From a phage, in the sequence record QB031384.1: a stretch of 42,708 nt of DNA, one strand, 5' to 3'. Position numbers and translations under genes: made by a program. The notes below the pieces were generated by a model. The model made no database searches. It had not been told where the DNA came from and saw only the letters and a list, made by a program, of their open reading frames with translations. Below, piece after piece: positions 1 to 10,417 of the stretch. Numbering within the stretch: the stretch's first letter is position 1; every line of letters starts with the position of its first letter.

Positions 1-2
1 TA

Positions 3-3000
3 TTACCCCTTATTATGTGCCAGCGATTTTACCTGCTCCTTTAGACGGGCAAGTTCTCTACGCTGGTACAGCATCTCAATGAAGAACATCTGATCAGGTC
101 GAATACCCCAACGACTACCTGCAGGAGTAACTACACTTACATTACCTTCCTCGTCATATTCCACCATCTCAGGGTACTCATCGTAGCACAGGAACCCGTA
201 CTTACATGAAGTAGCTTCAGGCTCCATAAGTCCGTTCGTAACGAGCACGTCACGTACCTGCTGTGCTATTACACCGAAGTGAGTACGAGCAGCATCCCCT
301 TTAGTAGCTAGACTGTCAAGCCACTTAAAGCTAATGATATGTACATCCTCCCAAGCATCTAACAGTGCCGATTCCACTTCCTCTGGAGCTGTTTTAAGAG
401 TACCGTCAGAAGTATTGATAGTGCCTGTAGCAGCGTACACCGTACTCCACCTATTAGATGCGCCTCCTAATGCTACAGAGGAGTCGTTATAAGGTAGCAG
501 GTTGTTTTGAGTGTAGACACCTCCCGTTGCGTACAGGACTGCCCTATTAGGCGTACTGTGATTAGATCCATAGAGTTGCACAATAGCGCCAGAGGCAGCG
601 GAGTTACCTGACCCTCCGCCCAGAATAAGCCGTTGCTGTGCTGGGTTATCAGTAGGCACTGACTTGTAAATCTGACCGTAATCCCCGTCCAGAAGTACTT
701 CAGACCGTACAGCAGGGATTCCGTTATGCCCAGTACCTGTAACACGCAAGGAGTTAACCTGTACGCTCTCATCAAAGACCATAGGCGCTGAAACATGACG
801 TAACCCATCTACCCCCATAGACACAGGTACAGTACGGTTAGGTGCTGCCCCGTATTTAAAGTCGCGAGACACATGCTGCTGCGGACCTACCTTAATACGG
901 TAGCTGTACAGGTCAGTAGGATGACCATCCTGCACGTACCAGCGCTTAGCAGAGTTACCTCCAATGGACCACGGGGATAAGAAATCCTCTCCGCCGAACA
1001 GATAGTACAGCCACCCATCCTTAACGCATACAGAACCTACCCCTACTGAGGAGTTAACTATGTTACCCTGATAAATCTGGTCGGTAACATTAAACCACTG
1101 CACCTCATCTAATGAGCTAGGCCAGTTACGGACGTTAACCTTGCACATAAAGGTGCGTGCGTAATTACCGTTGTAACGGTTATCAGGGGTATCCGCTTCC
1201 CACTCGTTTGCAGCCCGCTCACTCGAGAAGATATACAACTCGTCCCCCACCTTAGCAAAAGGTAGGTTACTGTTATGTACCTTGTTAGGGAAACGTAAGT
1301 ACTCCCAAGTCAAGCCTGAGTTAGTACTACGTGCCAAGGTAGAACCTGCGGAGGTGGCGGATGTTCCCCGAGTAGTAAGATACAACTCCCCGTCGTAATA
1401 GCGTATGCAAGGTTCGGAGGCATCGTTCGCGTACTCCTGAGACACTGTACGACGTTCAAATACTCCGGGATTGTTGTACACATCAGGGAAGTACAGGATA
1501 CCTAAACGTCTAGGAGAGACGTCACCGTTATGATAACCTACTGCAACTGCGTTACCTTCAAGGGCGGTAAAGCTATGGGTTTCAGTTACAGCTAAGTCAG
1601 CGTTAGTAGAGTATGCGATTCCCGGCAGTAAGGTCACTTCCCACTGGCAGTCCCAGAAACGTGTACCAAAGCTCCAAGTAACCCCGGCGTTGGTCAACGT
1701 TGAGGCAGCTGCGTTAGTTAAAGGTACTGTAATAGTATTAGCGTCAACTACGGTACGTACTACAGTATTACCTGAAACACCCGTAACCCCAGAGTTCGAG
1801 AAGTTAATAGTATCTCCTACCTTAAGCCCATGCATAGGAAGTACTACAGTAGCGAAGTTATCCCCAGCCACTGTGCTGATACCCCCAGTAGGCCTACGAG
1901 CATACGGCATTGGGCGCGACCACATCTCCGCCCGTACCATCCTAGCGTCAGATAGATTACGGGTCTCTACTAGCATGTACAAGCGGTTATTAGAAACACC
2001 CATGCTCATACAATGGTAGTTAACACCTGAGGCATAGTTAGGGTGGATAGGAGTAAGCCATTCTGGCATCGTCCACGTCTGACCATCGTCACCTGAACGT
2101 ACCCATGCTACATGCAGGTTCTGTACGCCATGCCGTTCACCTGCCATGAATGGTACGTATATTACATTATCATATACGAAAGACTTATCCTGAGTCCACG
2201 CATTGTAGAACGGGGTGTCTGTAATCTTAGTAAGACCTGCTTCGAAATAACCCTCCGATACATAAGTAAGAGGCTGACCCGCTAAGCGCTCATACTTAAA
2301 CGCGGCATTGCGGAAGCGGCTGAGGTCAGGTAAGGTAGTTACTTTAAAAGTTAAACCTTTACCGTCTATGTACTGATTATGGACCGCCGCTGCCAGCATG
2401 GCTTGAAGTGCTGCCGTATCATCCGTAACTGCATCACCTGCTACTCCCCATCCACGTACGTCAAAGGAATCTCTCCAATGAGGGCGGTAATACTCAGGAT
2501 TAACCTCAGGCCCGTCTATGCGAGTTAAGGCGTTACTCAGTGCAGCTAAACTCTCAGTAGTAGCATAACCTCCTTCCAGAACATCCTCACCTAGTCGCAT
2601 GAATACGTGAGTACCTGCGGGAACAGGGTCGGCTAGTATTACTGTATTGTCCCTAATGGTGTAACTGTACCCCGGAGTTTGACACACCCCGTTAATGTAC
2701 ACTGCTGCCTTTGTGAAGTTAAGGGCAATTCGGAACTCTTTAGTAGGTTCAGTAGTGTTGAAGTACATAGGGTAGCTGGAGGTAACACCGTTAAATGCAC
2801 CTTCGATGTTATCTACCCTGGTACTCACCTCATCCAGCTGTGACTTATTAACTGCATCCGTAGCGTCCTTACCTGCTGCCAGATTAATGATGCGGAAGCC
2901 GTTCATGTTGATAGTACCAAAGAAACCTTCGATACTGCGACCTTCTACCAGTTCCTGAGCTAAGTGCAGGAACTGGGTATTCTGAGTGTCTAAGTTCTCC

Positions 3001-3251
3001 TTAATAAAGGCAGCGCCTTCTGAGAACATGATGTAAAGAAACTCTTTAGCAGTGCGACGTACAATCAGTACAGTGCTCTCTGCATCGAGAGGCTTGTCAA
3101 AGCGGATGCGCGTATCACTGTCCCAAGTAAAATCAAATACCTCTTCACGGTTCACGTACAAGTAAATGTAGGAACGGTCGAGATAGTTGATCTCTACTGG
3201 GACAGTCTGTGCACCAGCTGGTAGAATTTGTTCTTGCCAGCTATAGGCCAT
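3..3251 (-). CDS. Tail fiber / tailspike: N-terminal T7 gp17-like adaptor, central Asp-box (BNR) beta-propeller glycosidase-like region, C-terminal intramolecular chaperone (peptidase S74-like)
   Basis: 1082-aa ORF. N-terminal region carries the tail-fiber motif FRIINLAAGKDATDAVNKSQLD. Central region has Asp-box-like motifs SGDDGQTWTM and STNSGLTWEY. C-terminus has TSDGTLK ... HFGVIAQQVRDVL, typical of autocleaving chaperone domains. Last gene of the structural module. Confidence 0.8.
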   Translation of the reverse strand: MAYSWQEQILPAGAQTVPVEINYLDRSYIYLYVNREEVFDFTWDSDTRIRFDKPLDAESTVLIVRRTAKEFLYIMFSEGAAFIKENLDTQNTQFLHLAQELVEGRSIEGFFGTINMNGFRIINLAAGKDATDAVNKSQLDEVSTRVDNIEGAFNGVTSSYPMYFNTTEPTKEFRIALNFTKAAVYINGVCQTPGYSYTIRDNTVILADPVPAGTHVFMRLGEDVLEGGYATTESLAALSNALTRIDGPEVNPEYYRPHWRDSFDVRGWGVAGDAVTDDTAALQAMLAAAVHNQYIDGKGLTFKVTTLPDLSRFRNAAFKYERLAGQPLTYVSEGYFEAGLTKITDTPFYNAWTQDKSFVYDNVIYVPFMAGERHGVQNLHVAWVRSGDDGQTWTMPEWLTPIHPNYASGVNYHCMSMGVSNNRLYMLVETRNLSDARMVRAEMWSRPMPYARRPTGGISTVAGDNFATVVLPMHGLKVGDTINFSNSGVTGVSGNTVVRTVVDANTITVPLTNAAASTLTNAGVTWSFGTRFWDCQWEVTLLPGIAYSTNADLAVTETHSFTALEGNAVAVGYHNGDVSPRRLGILYFPDVYNNPGVFERRTVSQEYANDASEPCIRYYDGELYLTTRGTSATSAGSTLARSTNSGLTWEYLRFPNKVHNSNLPFAKVGDELYIFSSERAANEWEADTPDNRYNGNYARTFMCKVNVRNWPSSLDEVQWFNVTDQIYQGNIVNSSVGVGSVCVKDGWLYYLFGGEDFLSPWSIGGNSAKRWYVQDGHPTDLYSYRIKVGPQQHVSRDFKYGAAPNRTVPVSMGVDGLRHVSAPMVFDESVQVNSLRVTGTGHNGIPAVRSEVLLDGDYGQIYKSVPTDNPAQQRLILGGGSGNSAASGAIVQLYGSNHSTPNRAVLYATGGVYTQNNLLPYNDSSVALGGASNRWSTVYAATGTINTSDGTLKTAPEEVESALLDAWEDVHIISFKWLDSLATKGDAARTHFGVIAQQVRDVLVTNGLMEPEATSCKYGFLCYDEYPEMVEYDEEGNVSVVTPAGSRWGIRPDQMFFIEMLYQRRELARLKEQVKSLAHNKG

Positions 3252-3253
3252 GT

Positions 3254-6200
3254 TTAATCTCCAAAGTTATTAATGATTGCACGGGTAGGCATGAACTCCT
3301 GCAAGAGCGGGAGACTACGGGACACGTCTTTAAGGTCTGCTTCTCCTGCTGCTACCTTCTGAATCAGTCCTAAGATGTTCATAGCATATCCAGTAGCGGT
3401 CAGGCTATGACGTGGGGACTGGTCGCTGAAGATATCAGTCACAAAGCTGAAGCCGCCTAGTATACTCATAGCTTTAACAGCTTCTGCGATAATCTTACCT
3501 TCTGATTCCTGCTTACCGTCAGCAGCGAAACGAGCTTGAGTAATAAGGTACATCAAAGGGAACTGATACGCAGCGAGATGGGCTAAGCCAATCCAGCCGT
3601 TATCACGGTATTCACGACGTAGAATCTTGTTAGTACCTGCTACAGCAAAGCTACCGTAACCAACTACTACGCGACCTACTGGACTGAACTGTGCAAAGTG
3701 AGAAGTCTCACCTACACGAATCTGCTGGATAACATGGTCCATTAGACGAGTACCAATAATCTCTAGCTGAAACTGTAAGTCATCTGGCAGTAAAGCATCA
3801 ACATCAGGACTAGCAGCAGCTTGCATACGCTTAGCAAGTTCAGGGTCAAGACCCCAACGCTGTAAACGCTTAGTAGCTTCTGCATCTCCGTTCAGCATGA
3901 GCTTAAGCTCATCCATTACGATACCTGCGTTAACGTTAGTCTGAAGACGATGCACCAGACCCATACCGTTTACGTGACGTGCAGCCTGACCGATGTTCTG
4001 AGTGATGTTAAACCAGCGGGAACTACGGGTAAGGTCTAAGTTATCATCAGCGTAAGAGTTCAACCAACGGAACCGAAGTTCCTTCTGAATGCTACCACGC
4101 AGGATAGAATCAAGACGAGCGGATTGACTAGCGTCTTTAGCGACAGCTGTAGCTTCCTTCCACCACTTTTCTTTCTTCATGCTGCGGAGTACTCGGGTCA
4201 TCCCGAACTCTTTCATAGCAAGCGCAGTATCTGCCAGCTGATACAAACCGGAGTTCTTAAGTACGGTGGCGTTGGCAAGGTTACCAGCAGCGCGGAATAT
4301 CTCCGGAACTTCTGAACCCTGAACAGGTGCGCCTACCATGAAGTCGATAGTATCATCTACATGCTTCTGATAACGGTCTGGGTCGCGTACTGTAGACTTA
4401 GCTGTGTTAATCATACCTTCCAGTGCATTCAAGTCAGTTACACCCGCGTATGCAAATGCTACACGACCTGATACACGGTTAGTATAACCTTGCATCTGCT
4501 TAGCTACGTCAGTATCCAGAATATCCGCCATACGCATAGCCTGGCCATTAACTATATACTCCTTCTGCAAGTCAAAGCGGTTACGAGTACGCAGGTTCTT
4601 AACCCGAGAAGTCTGAGTCGCTTCGCGTGCTACGTTAGTAGTAAGGAAGTTACGAATCTGGTCGTCTGCTACGCCTGCTGCACGCATTGCATCAACGATA
4701 ACTTCGTTGCCTACACCGCCCAGAATACTACGCCATGCCGGACCAGTCTGCTTAGACTTACCATCATAGATGCTTTCGAACATCTCACGAGCTACGCGAC
4801 CAGCAACCTCAGTTGTCATATCTGGGTAGATATCACGCAGGGCTTGACGGAACAGGTCGCGGTAGTCAGAAGCCTGACGCGCGCCAGTGTTAATCTGCTG
4901 ACGAATAGCATCGTAACTGTACGAGCGTGGGAAGTAGTAAGGACTACGCTTAATCTGAGAATCCACCTCAACCAGTCCAGACTTCTGGAGATGGTCATAC
5001 CATTTAGTAGCCCACTCAGAGTCTACATACGCCTTAACTAACGGGGCAATATCCTGAGGAGGGGTAGGAATCTCACGACCTGCTGTCTCCGCTGAGTATG
5101 CTTGGTCAAGGTATTGTGCAAGTTTAGACTCACGCTCACGACGAGCAGCTTTGAACTTGTTACGTTGCAAGAACGCATCCAGTAAACCAATACCATCTGC
5201 ACGCAGGGAATCAATAATGGCCTTCTCAACTACAGAGGCTGCACCATCAAGCTCTAACTGTAGGTTACGCTTATAGTCAGCTACAGAAGGACGACGTGCA
5301 CCTACTGCTGCGCCGTCAGCTACTAGCAGGTCTGCTAGGTCTTTAGAGCCTTCAGCAATGTTATCGTACAGGCTGAAGCTGCGAGCGAACGCCTTCTTAA
5401 AGCTATCTAACTGCTTAACTGCACCGTTAGCCGTATCGGCGAACTCACCATACTCAGATAATGCCTGAGACTTATAACGGGTAACACCACGCTCTTTAGC
5501 AGCTACATCCAGAAGCGCATCATAGGAATCAAGCACAGAGTTCAAGGCATTACCTTCTACCTTAGCACCTAATGCTTTAAGGATAGTTTGAGCAATACGA
5601 CGAATAGCACTAGCACCTTCTACTTCAGTATTACGCAGTAGCTTAACCAGACCTTTATCATCTGCAAGACCTGCAAGTAACTCTTCGTTACTGCTCAGGC
5701 TGTAGCGCATACGCGCATCAAGATTAGGACTAGTAAGAAGCTGCTCACGAATACGAGTAAGGTTAGTGGTAGCTTCCAATGCTTCTGGAGTACCAGACTG
5801 AATAGCGCGTACAGTAGCAGCATGTATAAGCTCATGCACAGCAATTTTAGCAGTATTAGAATCCAGGCCATTGATAGCATCTCCGTAGGTCTTCCAAGTA
5901 CGTGGGCCTTTCTTAGAGGCACGCAGGGTGACCGCATTGTTAACTAGGTTATAACGGCTAGAGATGTTAGTGTCACCTACGAGGTGTACAGGCACATCAT
6001 CTATGATACCGTCCAGTGAACGCAGCAATGCCTTCTGACCCTCATCCAGTACATCGCGTGCTAACAGGTTCTTAGTAACGTCACTTGCGCGTACACTTAC
6101 ACGAGCCTGCTGACCTTTCAGGATACGAATAGGTTTCTTAAGCGGGGTAGATTCTAAGGAATCAATCTTAGTAGTAAAGGCATCCGAGTCTGGAGCTGTA

Positions 6201-7024
6201 CGCTTAGTAGGAGCAGCTTCATCGAACTGCATTTCTGTACGAGTACTGCCACGAGTAGTACCAGTACTTGCATCTACAGCGTTACTAGCTGTGGTATCTG
6301 CTGCATCTTCCGTTGCACCTGCAACAGTACGCTGAACAGCACGGCTTGCATTAACTGCTTTGCGGATATCGAATAACTGGTCTACGCCTGATACTGCAGC
6401 TACTAATGCAGTGATACCTTCGGACTGTCCCAGCTGGTCCTGCGCATAGTACGCTGAACCTACGTCTGCTGCACGGATAGCTGAACGAACTGCTAAGCCT
6501 GCGCGACCTGCTACACCTGCGGCTGCAAACGGAGCTAACAGGGTAGGGGCGTCACCTAGAATAGAACCAGCGATACCAGACACGATGTTAGCGCTAGCAG
6601 TAGTATCACGCTCGCGCTGCTCCAGCATCTGTTCAATGCGGTAGTTATAATCATCCAAACTAACCGAAGTGCGTAAGTAATCAATTTCTTCCTGATTAGG
6701 GGTGTAAATTCTAGTCCGTGCATCTTTCTGGAGCATCTCCGTAGAGTTGAAGTCCAGGTCAGTTGGGAAGTCTGGAGAGAAAGCTTTGCGTAGACCTGCT
6801 GCGATAATACTGTTACCTGCACCAGCTATAAAGGACTGACCTGCAGTGATAGCAGCAGTACGAGCCTGGGCAGTATTAGATGCACGCTCAAGAGCGGAAG
6901 CACCTAAGTCTGTTGCATCACCCCAATTAACTGTAGCCTGAGGTTGTTGCACTTCAATGAGAGTATCTTGTTTAGCAGAATCCTTTATACCGGGACTAGC
7001 ATCTTGATTCAGGAACTGAGCCAT
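3254..7024 (-). CDS. Internal virion protein D-like (large ejection/core protein, T7 gp16 analogue)
   Basis: 1256-aa ORF between the gp15-like gene and the tail fiber. Size and position match T7/phiKMV synteny. No catalytic motif recognised by eye. Confidence 0.6.
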   Translation of the reverse strand: MAQFLNQDASPGIKDSAKQDTLIEVQQPQATVNWGDATDLGASALERASNTAQARTAAITAGQSFIAGAGNSIIAAGLRKAFSPDFPTDLDFNSTEMLQKDARTRIYTPNQEEIDYLRTSVSLDDYNYRIEQMLEQRERDTTASANIVSGIAGSILGDAPTLLAPFAAAGVAGRAGLAVRSAIRAADVGSAYYAQDQLGQSEGITALVAAVSGVDQLFDIRKAVNASRAVQRTVAGATEDAADTTASNAVDASTGTTRGSTRTEMQFDEAAPTKRTAPDSDAFTTKIDSLESTPLKKPIRILKGQQARVSVRASDVTKNLLARDVLDEGQKALLRSLDGIIDDVPVHLVGDTNISSRYNLVNNAVTLRASKKGPRTWKTYGDAINGLDSNTAKIAVHELIHAATVRAIQSGTPEALEATTNLTRIREQLLTSPNLDARMRYSLSSNEELLAGLADDKGLVKLLRNTEVEGASAIRRIAQTILKALGAKVEGNALNSVLDSYDALLDVAAKERGVTRYKSQALSEYGEFADTANGAVKQLDSFKKAFARSFSLYDNIAEGSKDLADLLVADGAAVGARRPSVADYKRNLQLELDGAASVVEKAIIDSLRADGIGLLDAFLQRNKFKAARRERESKLAQYLDQAYSAETAGREIPTPPQDIAPLVKAYVDSEWATKWYDHLQKSGLVEVDSQIKRSPYYFPRSYSYDAIRQQINTGARQASDYRDLFRQALRDIYPDMTTEVAGRVAREMFESIYDGKSKQTGPAWRSILGGVGNEVIVDAMRAAGVADDQIRNFLTTNVAREATQTSRVKNLRTRNRFDLQKEYIVNGQAMRMADILDTDVAKQMQGYTNRVSGRVAFAYAGVTDLNALEGMINTAKSTVRDPDRYQKHVDDTIDFMVGAPVQGSEVPEIFRAAGNLANATVLKNSGLYQLADTALAMKEFGMTRVLRSMKKEKWWKEATAVAKDASQSARLDSILRGSIQKELRFRWLNSYADDNLDLTRSSRWFNITQNIGQAARHVNGMGLVHRLQTNVNAGIVMDELKLMLNGDAEATKRLQRWGLDPELAKRMQAAASPDVDALLPDDLQFQLEIIGTRLMDHVIQQIRVGETSHFAQFSPVGRVVVGYGSFAVAGTNKILRREYRDNGWIGLAHLAAYQFPLMYLITQARFAADGKQESEGKIIAEAVKAMSILGGFSFVTDIFSDQSPRHSLTATGYAMNILGLIQKVAAGEADLKDVSRSLPLLQEFMPTRAIINNFGD

Positions 7025-7105
7025 TTATAAATCCTTAAAGGGTTGTGATAAAGAAGATAATAGAGCAGGGATACTGGAGGTGTATCCCGGCGCTGGAAGG
7101 GTTTT

Positions 7106-7134
7106 ATTATATCATGGATTTCATGATTCGTCAA
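7106..7134 (-). promoter_or_regulatory. Sigma70-like promoter (TTGACG - 17 bp - TGaTATAAT, extended -10) upstream of the gp16-like gene; copy A of an inverted duplicated element
   Basis: Minus-strand reading gives TTGACG (7129-7134), a 17-nt spacer, then TGATATAAT with -10 at 7106-7111. It sits in the 130-bp gap between gp15-like and gp16-like genes. About 40 bp is near-identical to 26624-26680 on the opposite strand. Confidence 0.4.
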
Positions 7135-7154
7135 ACCCTTTCTAAATATTTACA

Positions 7155-9851
7155 TTACTGACCAAGACGGACAGCTTGAACCGCTTGCCAATACTGAATC
7201 TCCAGGTACTGTTTACGCTTAGGTTGGGCTTGCTTATAAGCAGGCTGTTTCTTAAGTGTATCCAGCCCTACTAAAGACTGCGCTTGGAACGGGTCCTGCT
7301 GGTAGCCGTATGTCGCAGAGGAGCCTTGACCTTGTACTGATTTCAAGGTACGAAGAGCATCTGCTACAGGGGCGGAACTGCCGTTACCACCGTGATAGTT
7401 CAAGTCTACCAGAAGCTTCAGCCCAGAAGGGTCCTGAGTAATACCTTGCAGCTGTTTCTTAACCGCAGGGATGTACTGCTTCTCGAGAGAACCTTTCAAT
7501 ACCTCAATACCTTGTTCAGGAGTCAGGGATTCAGGAACTGGTAAGCCAGAGTTATCATGCAGACCAAAGCCTACGCTACCTTTCTTCTTAGTAGCACGGA
7601 AGCCTTCGAACTGAGCAGTAGTAGCTACGATGTCTGAGAAGAGGGCAGGTTGAATCCCAACACTGTTCTTGCCATTAACGTTCAGACTAATAGTACGTCC
7701 ATTATCAGCATCCCAGAATGTAGCAGGGCGAGAACCTACAGCCTTCTGACCAATCTCAATACCACCAGCTAGTGCTTCATCGTACCCAGCCTGAGCTAGC
7801 TGCTGAACCTGCTGCACGTCGATACTTACGTTCTGGTAGATACCGTCAGTAGTAAGGACAGAAGCAGTTAAGTTTTGACCCTGCGCACCAGCAGTACCTG
7901 CCTGCACGATTACACGGGAAACTTTAGAAGGGTCAGCTATGGCATCAACACTAGTTTGAATCTGCTGAGCAAGTGCAGTACGGAACTGTTCGGCATCCCC
8001 ACGATAAGAACCTTGAAGGTCTGCGAGTGTAGTACCAGCGGGAAGATAAACGTGACGCGGCTTACCTGATACTTCAACCTGCAACTGACGGGACTGGATA
8101 CGTCCCTTAAGAAGCGTGTTGATATCCTCCGGGGACTTACCTACCAGAAGTTCAGGGTTGCTACGGTACAACTGTTTATACTCTTCCTGTAATGCTACAC
8201 GTCCCTCCTGACGCTGCTGGTCCGCAGTATCACCAAAGCTAAACCAGTTAGCAGTAGACTCAGCATCAATAGCTGCTTCCGGAGGATTAGCTGGGAGGTT
8301 ATCATAGCGTCCGCTTGCACGGTTACGGGCTAAACGACGGATATCATCCAGAATGATATTACTAGCGTTAGACTGGCCCTGAGCAGCAGCACGTTGAATA
8401 ATACCACGGTACTCTTCAGGTACGTCACCGCTCAGTGCAATCTTATCTAAGTCACCGCCAGAGATGTACTGCTGTACCCAACCTGCGATAGCTGCGTTGT
8501 TCTCTGCACTAACTGTACCGTCCTCTGCGAGAGAGTCCAGCGAGGCTAAGGTGTTAGCCATTAAGCGTGAAGTACGCTGGTTAGCCTTCTGGATAAGTCC
8601 TGCATCTTTAGAGGTCTTACCGTACTGTAGAAGCGTAGCATTACCTACCGGAGTATCCGGGAACTGGTCCAAGATGAATTTCTGCGCTTTCTCTACATCC
8701 CCCTCGAACTGACCGGCAAGTACAGACGTAGGCTGACGATTATTAATCGCTATCTGCAACGCATACTTATCAGCTGCATCATCACGAAGCTTAGTAGCAC
8801 TGTTCCAGATATCAAGCTGAGTACCTGTGCTTAATACACCACTGCGCCCATACTGCTGTACTTGGGAGCGGATATTCTGTAAAGCTACTTCCTGCTGTTC
8901 CGGGGATGCACTACGGAGAGCTTCAAGCTGGTCAGCAATATCAAAGCGGACCTGTGCTTCCATCCGGGAGCCTGCACGCTTAAACTCAGTACGCAGTGCC
9001 TTAACGACATCTACAGAGTTAACACCGAGCTGCTCAGTTGCAATACGTTGAATACGGTCAATGACCAGAGGGTCAGTGGCATTCTGTGCAATAGATACAA
9101 GATAGTCCTGTACACGTGCAAACTTACTACTTTTATCGAGGTGCCCCGCACCTAGAATGGCACTCATACCAGATACTACAGCAGCGTCACCGGCAGGGAT
9201 ATTCCCGCTTTGGATATGGTTAAAGAACTCCTGACCGGAGGCACTTAAGTTCTGGTCTAATGCAGCATCTGCTCGCTGATTAGCAACTTTAGCGCGTCCC
9301 TCTTGGAAGGCGGCATAGTTAGCTGCGCTAGCTTGCTGCACCTGTGTAAGAGTAGCCGCAGCAGCCTGGCGGTCCAGCTGAGGTAGCCACTTGGATACTT
9401 GCTCAGAGAACTTAGCATTACCCTGTTGCTCTTGTAAACGAAACTCCTCATCAGACAAGCCTTGCGCTGCTGCGGAGTTAGCACGCTGAAGAGCGCCTAT
9501 ACGCCAGTCAGCAAGCTCACGACTTACTGCTGCGGAGGTGTAGCCTTGTGTATAAGAATCACGAAGGAATATGTTCTGCTGCTTAACCTTCTCATCTCTA
9601 GTAGCTTCTAAGTCGACAGCACCTTGAGCATCAAGCGCACCCTGTACAGCTGCCTTAGCGCCGTATACCTGGGCACGCTCAGAGAATCCTTCTACTGTTC
9701 CTTGAAGGAACTGACCAATAGCCTGACGCCTAGCTAATGCTGAGTCATCTACTGCTACTGCACCTACCGCCCCCTGTACTGCCTCAGTAGCCTGAAGCTG
9801 AACACCTTGAAGCTGCAAGCCTTGACGTTGTACACTTTGAGTAATAGGCAC
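7155..9851 (-). CDS. Internal virion protein C-like (T7 gp15 analogue)
   Basis: 898-aa ORF, Ala/Gln-rich and predicted helical, placed between gp14-like and gp16-like genes. Call is by synteny. Confidence 0.6.
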   Translation of the reverse strand: MPITQSVQRQGLQLQGVQLQATEAVQGAVGAVAVDDSALARRQAIGQFLQGTVEGFSERAQVYGAKAAVQGALDAQGAVDLEATRDEKVKQQNIFLRDSYTQGYTSAAVSRELADWRIGALQRANSAAAQGLSDEEFRLQEQQGNAKFSEQVSKWLPQLDRQAAAATLTQVQQASAANYAAFQEGRAKVANQRADAALDQNLSASGQEFFNHIQSGNIPAGDAAVVSGMSAILGAGHLDKSSKFARVQDYLVSIAQNATDPLVIDRIQRIATEQLGVNSVDVVKALRTEFKRAGSRMEAQVRFDIADQLEALRSASPEQQEVALQNIRSQVQQYGRSGVLSTGTQLDIWNSATKLRDDAADKYALQIAINNRQPTSVLAGQFEGDVEKAQKFILDQFPDTPVGNATLLQYGKTSKDAGLIQKANQRTSRLMANTLASLDSLAEDGTVSAENNAAIAGWVQQYISGGDLDKIALSGDVPEEYRGIIQRAAAQGQSNASNIILDDIRRLARNRASGRYDNLPANPPEAAIDAESTANWFSFGDTADQQRQEGRVALQEEYKQLYRSNPELLVGKSPEDINTLLKGRIQSRQLQVEVSGKPRHVYLPAGTTLADLQGSYRGDAEQFRTALAQQIQTSVDAIADPSKVSRVIVQAGTAGAQGQNLTASVLTTDGIYQNVSIDVQQVQQLAQAGYDEALAGGIEIGQKAVGSRPATFWDADNGRTISLNVNGKNSVGIQPALFSDIVATTAQFEGFRATKKKGSVGFGLHDNSGLPVPESLTPEQGIEVLKGSLEKQYIPAVKKQLQGITQDPSGLKLLVDLNYHGGNGSSAPVADALRTLKSVQGQGSSATYGYQQDPFQAQSLVGLDTLKKQPAYKQAQPKRKQYLEIQYWQAVQAVRLGQ

Positions 9852-9852
9852 T

Positions 9853-10404
9853 TTAGCCTCCTAAATAATTCTTCCACGCAGTTATAGTTGAACCTACTCG
9901 GCTTCCCCAGCTGTCGTAATCGAAGTCACCTAATACGCCATCAGCTGCTGCGGAGCCTGTAGAGGAGCCTACAGAGCCTAAGGCTGCGTTAAATATAATA
10001 TCCTGGCCTGACTGCTGAGAAGTATTGGCACGGGCATTATCAACCGCAGCTGTTGCTTGTTGGAAGAAACCTTCCTCACGAGCTGCTTGGTTTGCACGTA
10101 CACTTGCTTCAGCACGGCTGTTTACTACGTTGACTGTTGCGACTGCATCACGTACGGATGCACCTATAGTATCCGATGCCGCAGCTTGAAGGCCTACCTG
10201 CGATAAGGCTTGTTGCTTCTGCTGCCGCACGTTAAATAAGGCAGAGTTAGTAGCAGTACGGGACTGACTTCTCTGGAGGTTAATCTGACTAATGCCTTTA
10301 GCAAGCTGTGCCTGCGTAGCTTTAGATTGAGCTACATTAGCTTTAATCTGAGAGCCCGCCCCGAACAGCGATAGAGCGGCTTGAGCTGCTGCGAACTGCC
10401 ACAT
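9853..10404 (-). CDS. Internal virion protein B-like (T7 gp14 analogue)
   Basis: 183-aa ORF directly after tail tubular protein B. Call is by synteny and size. Confidence 0.5.
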   Translation of the reverse strand: MWQFAAAQAALSLFGAGSQIKANVAQSKATQAQLAKGISQINLQRSQSRTATNSALFNVRQQKQQALSQVGLQAAASDTIGASVRDAVATVNVVNSRAEASVRANQAAREEGFFQQATAAVDNARANTSQQSGQDIIFNAALGSVGSSTGSAAADGVLGDFDYDSWGSRVGSTITAWKNYLGG

Positions 10405-10417
10405 GGGCGGTCTCCTT

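Noticed and set aside
4490-5041. Plus-strand ORFs antisense to large minus-strand genes (for example 4490-5041, 1690-2019, 19327-19695, 25499-25951, 39940-40377)
   Set aside because: They lie wholly inside confidently assigned minus-strand genes, lack SD sequences, and have non-protein-like composition. The genome appears to be single-strand coded.
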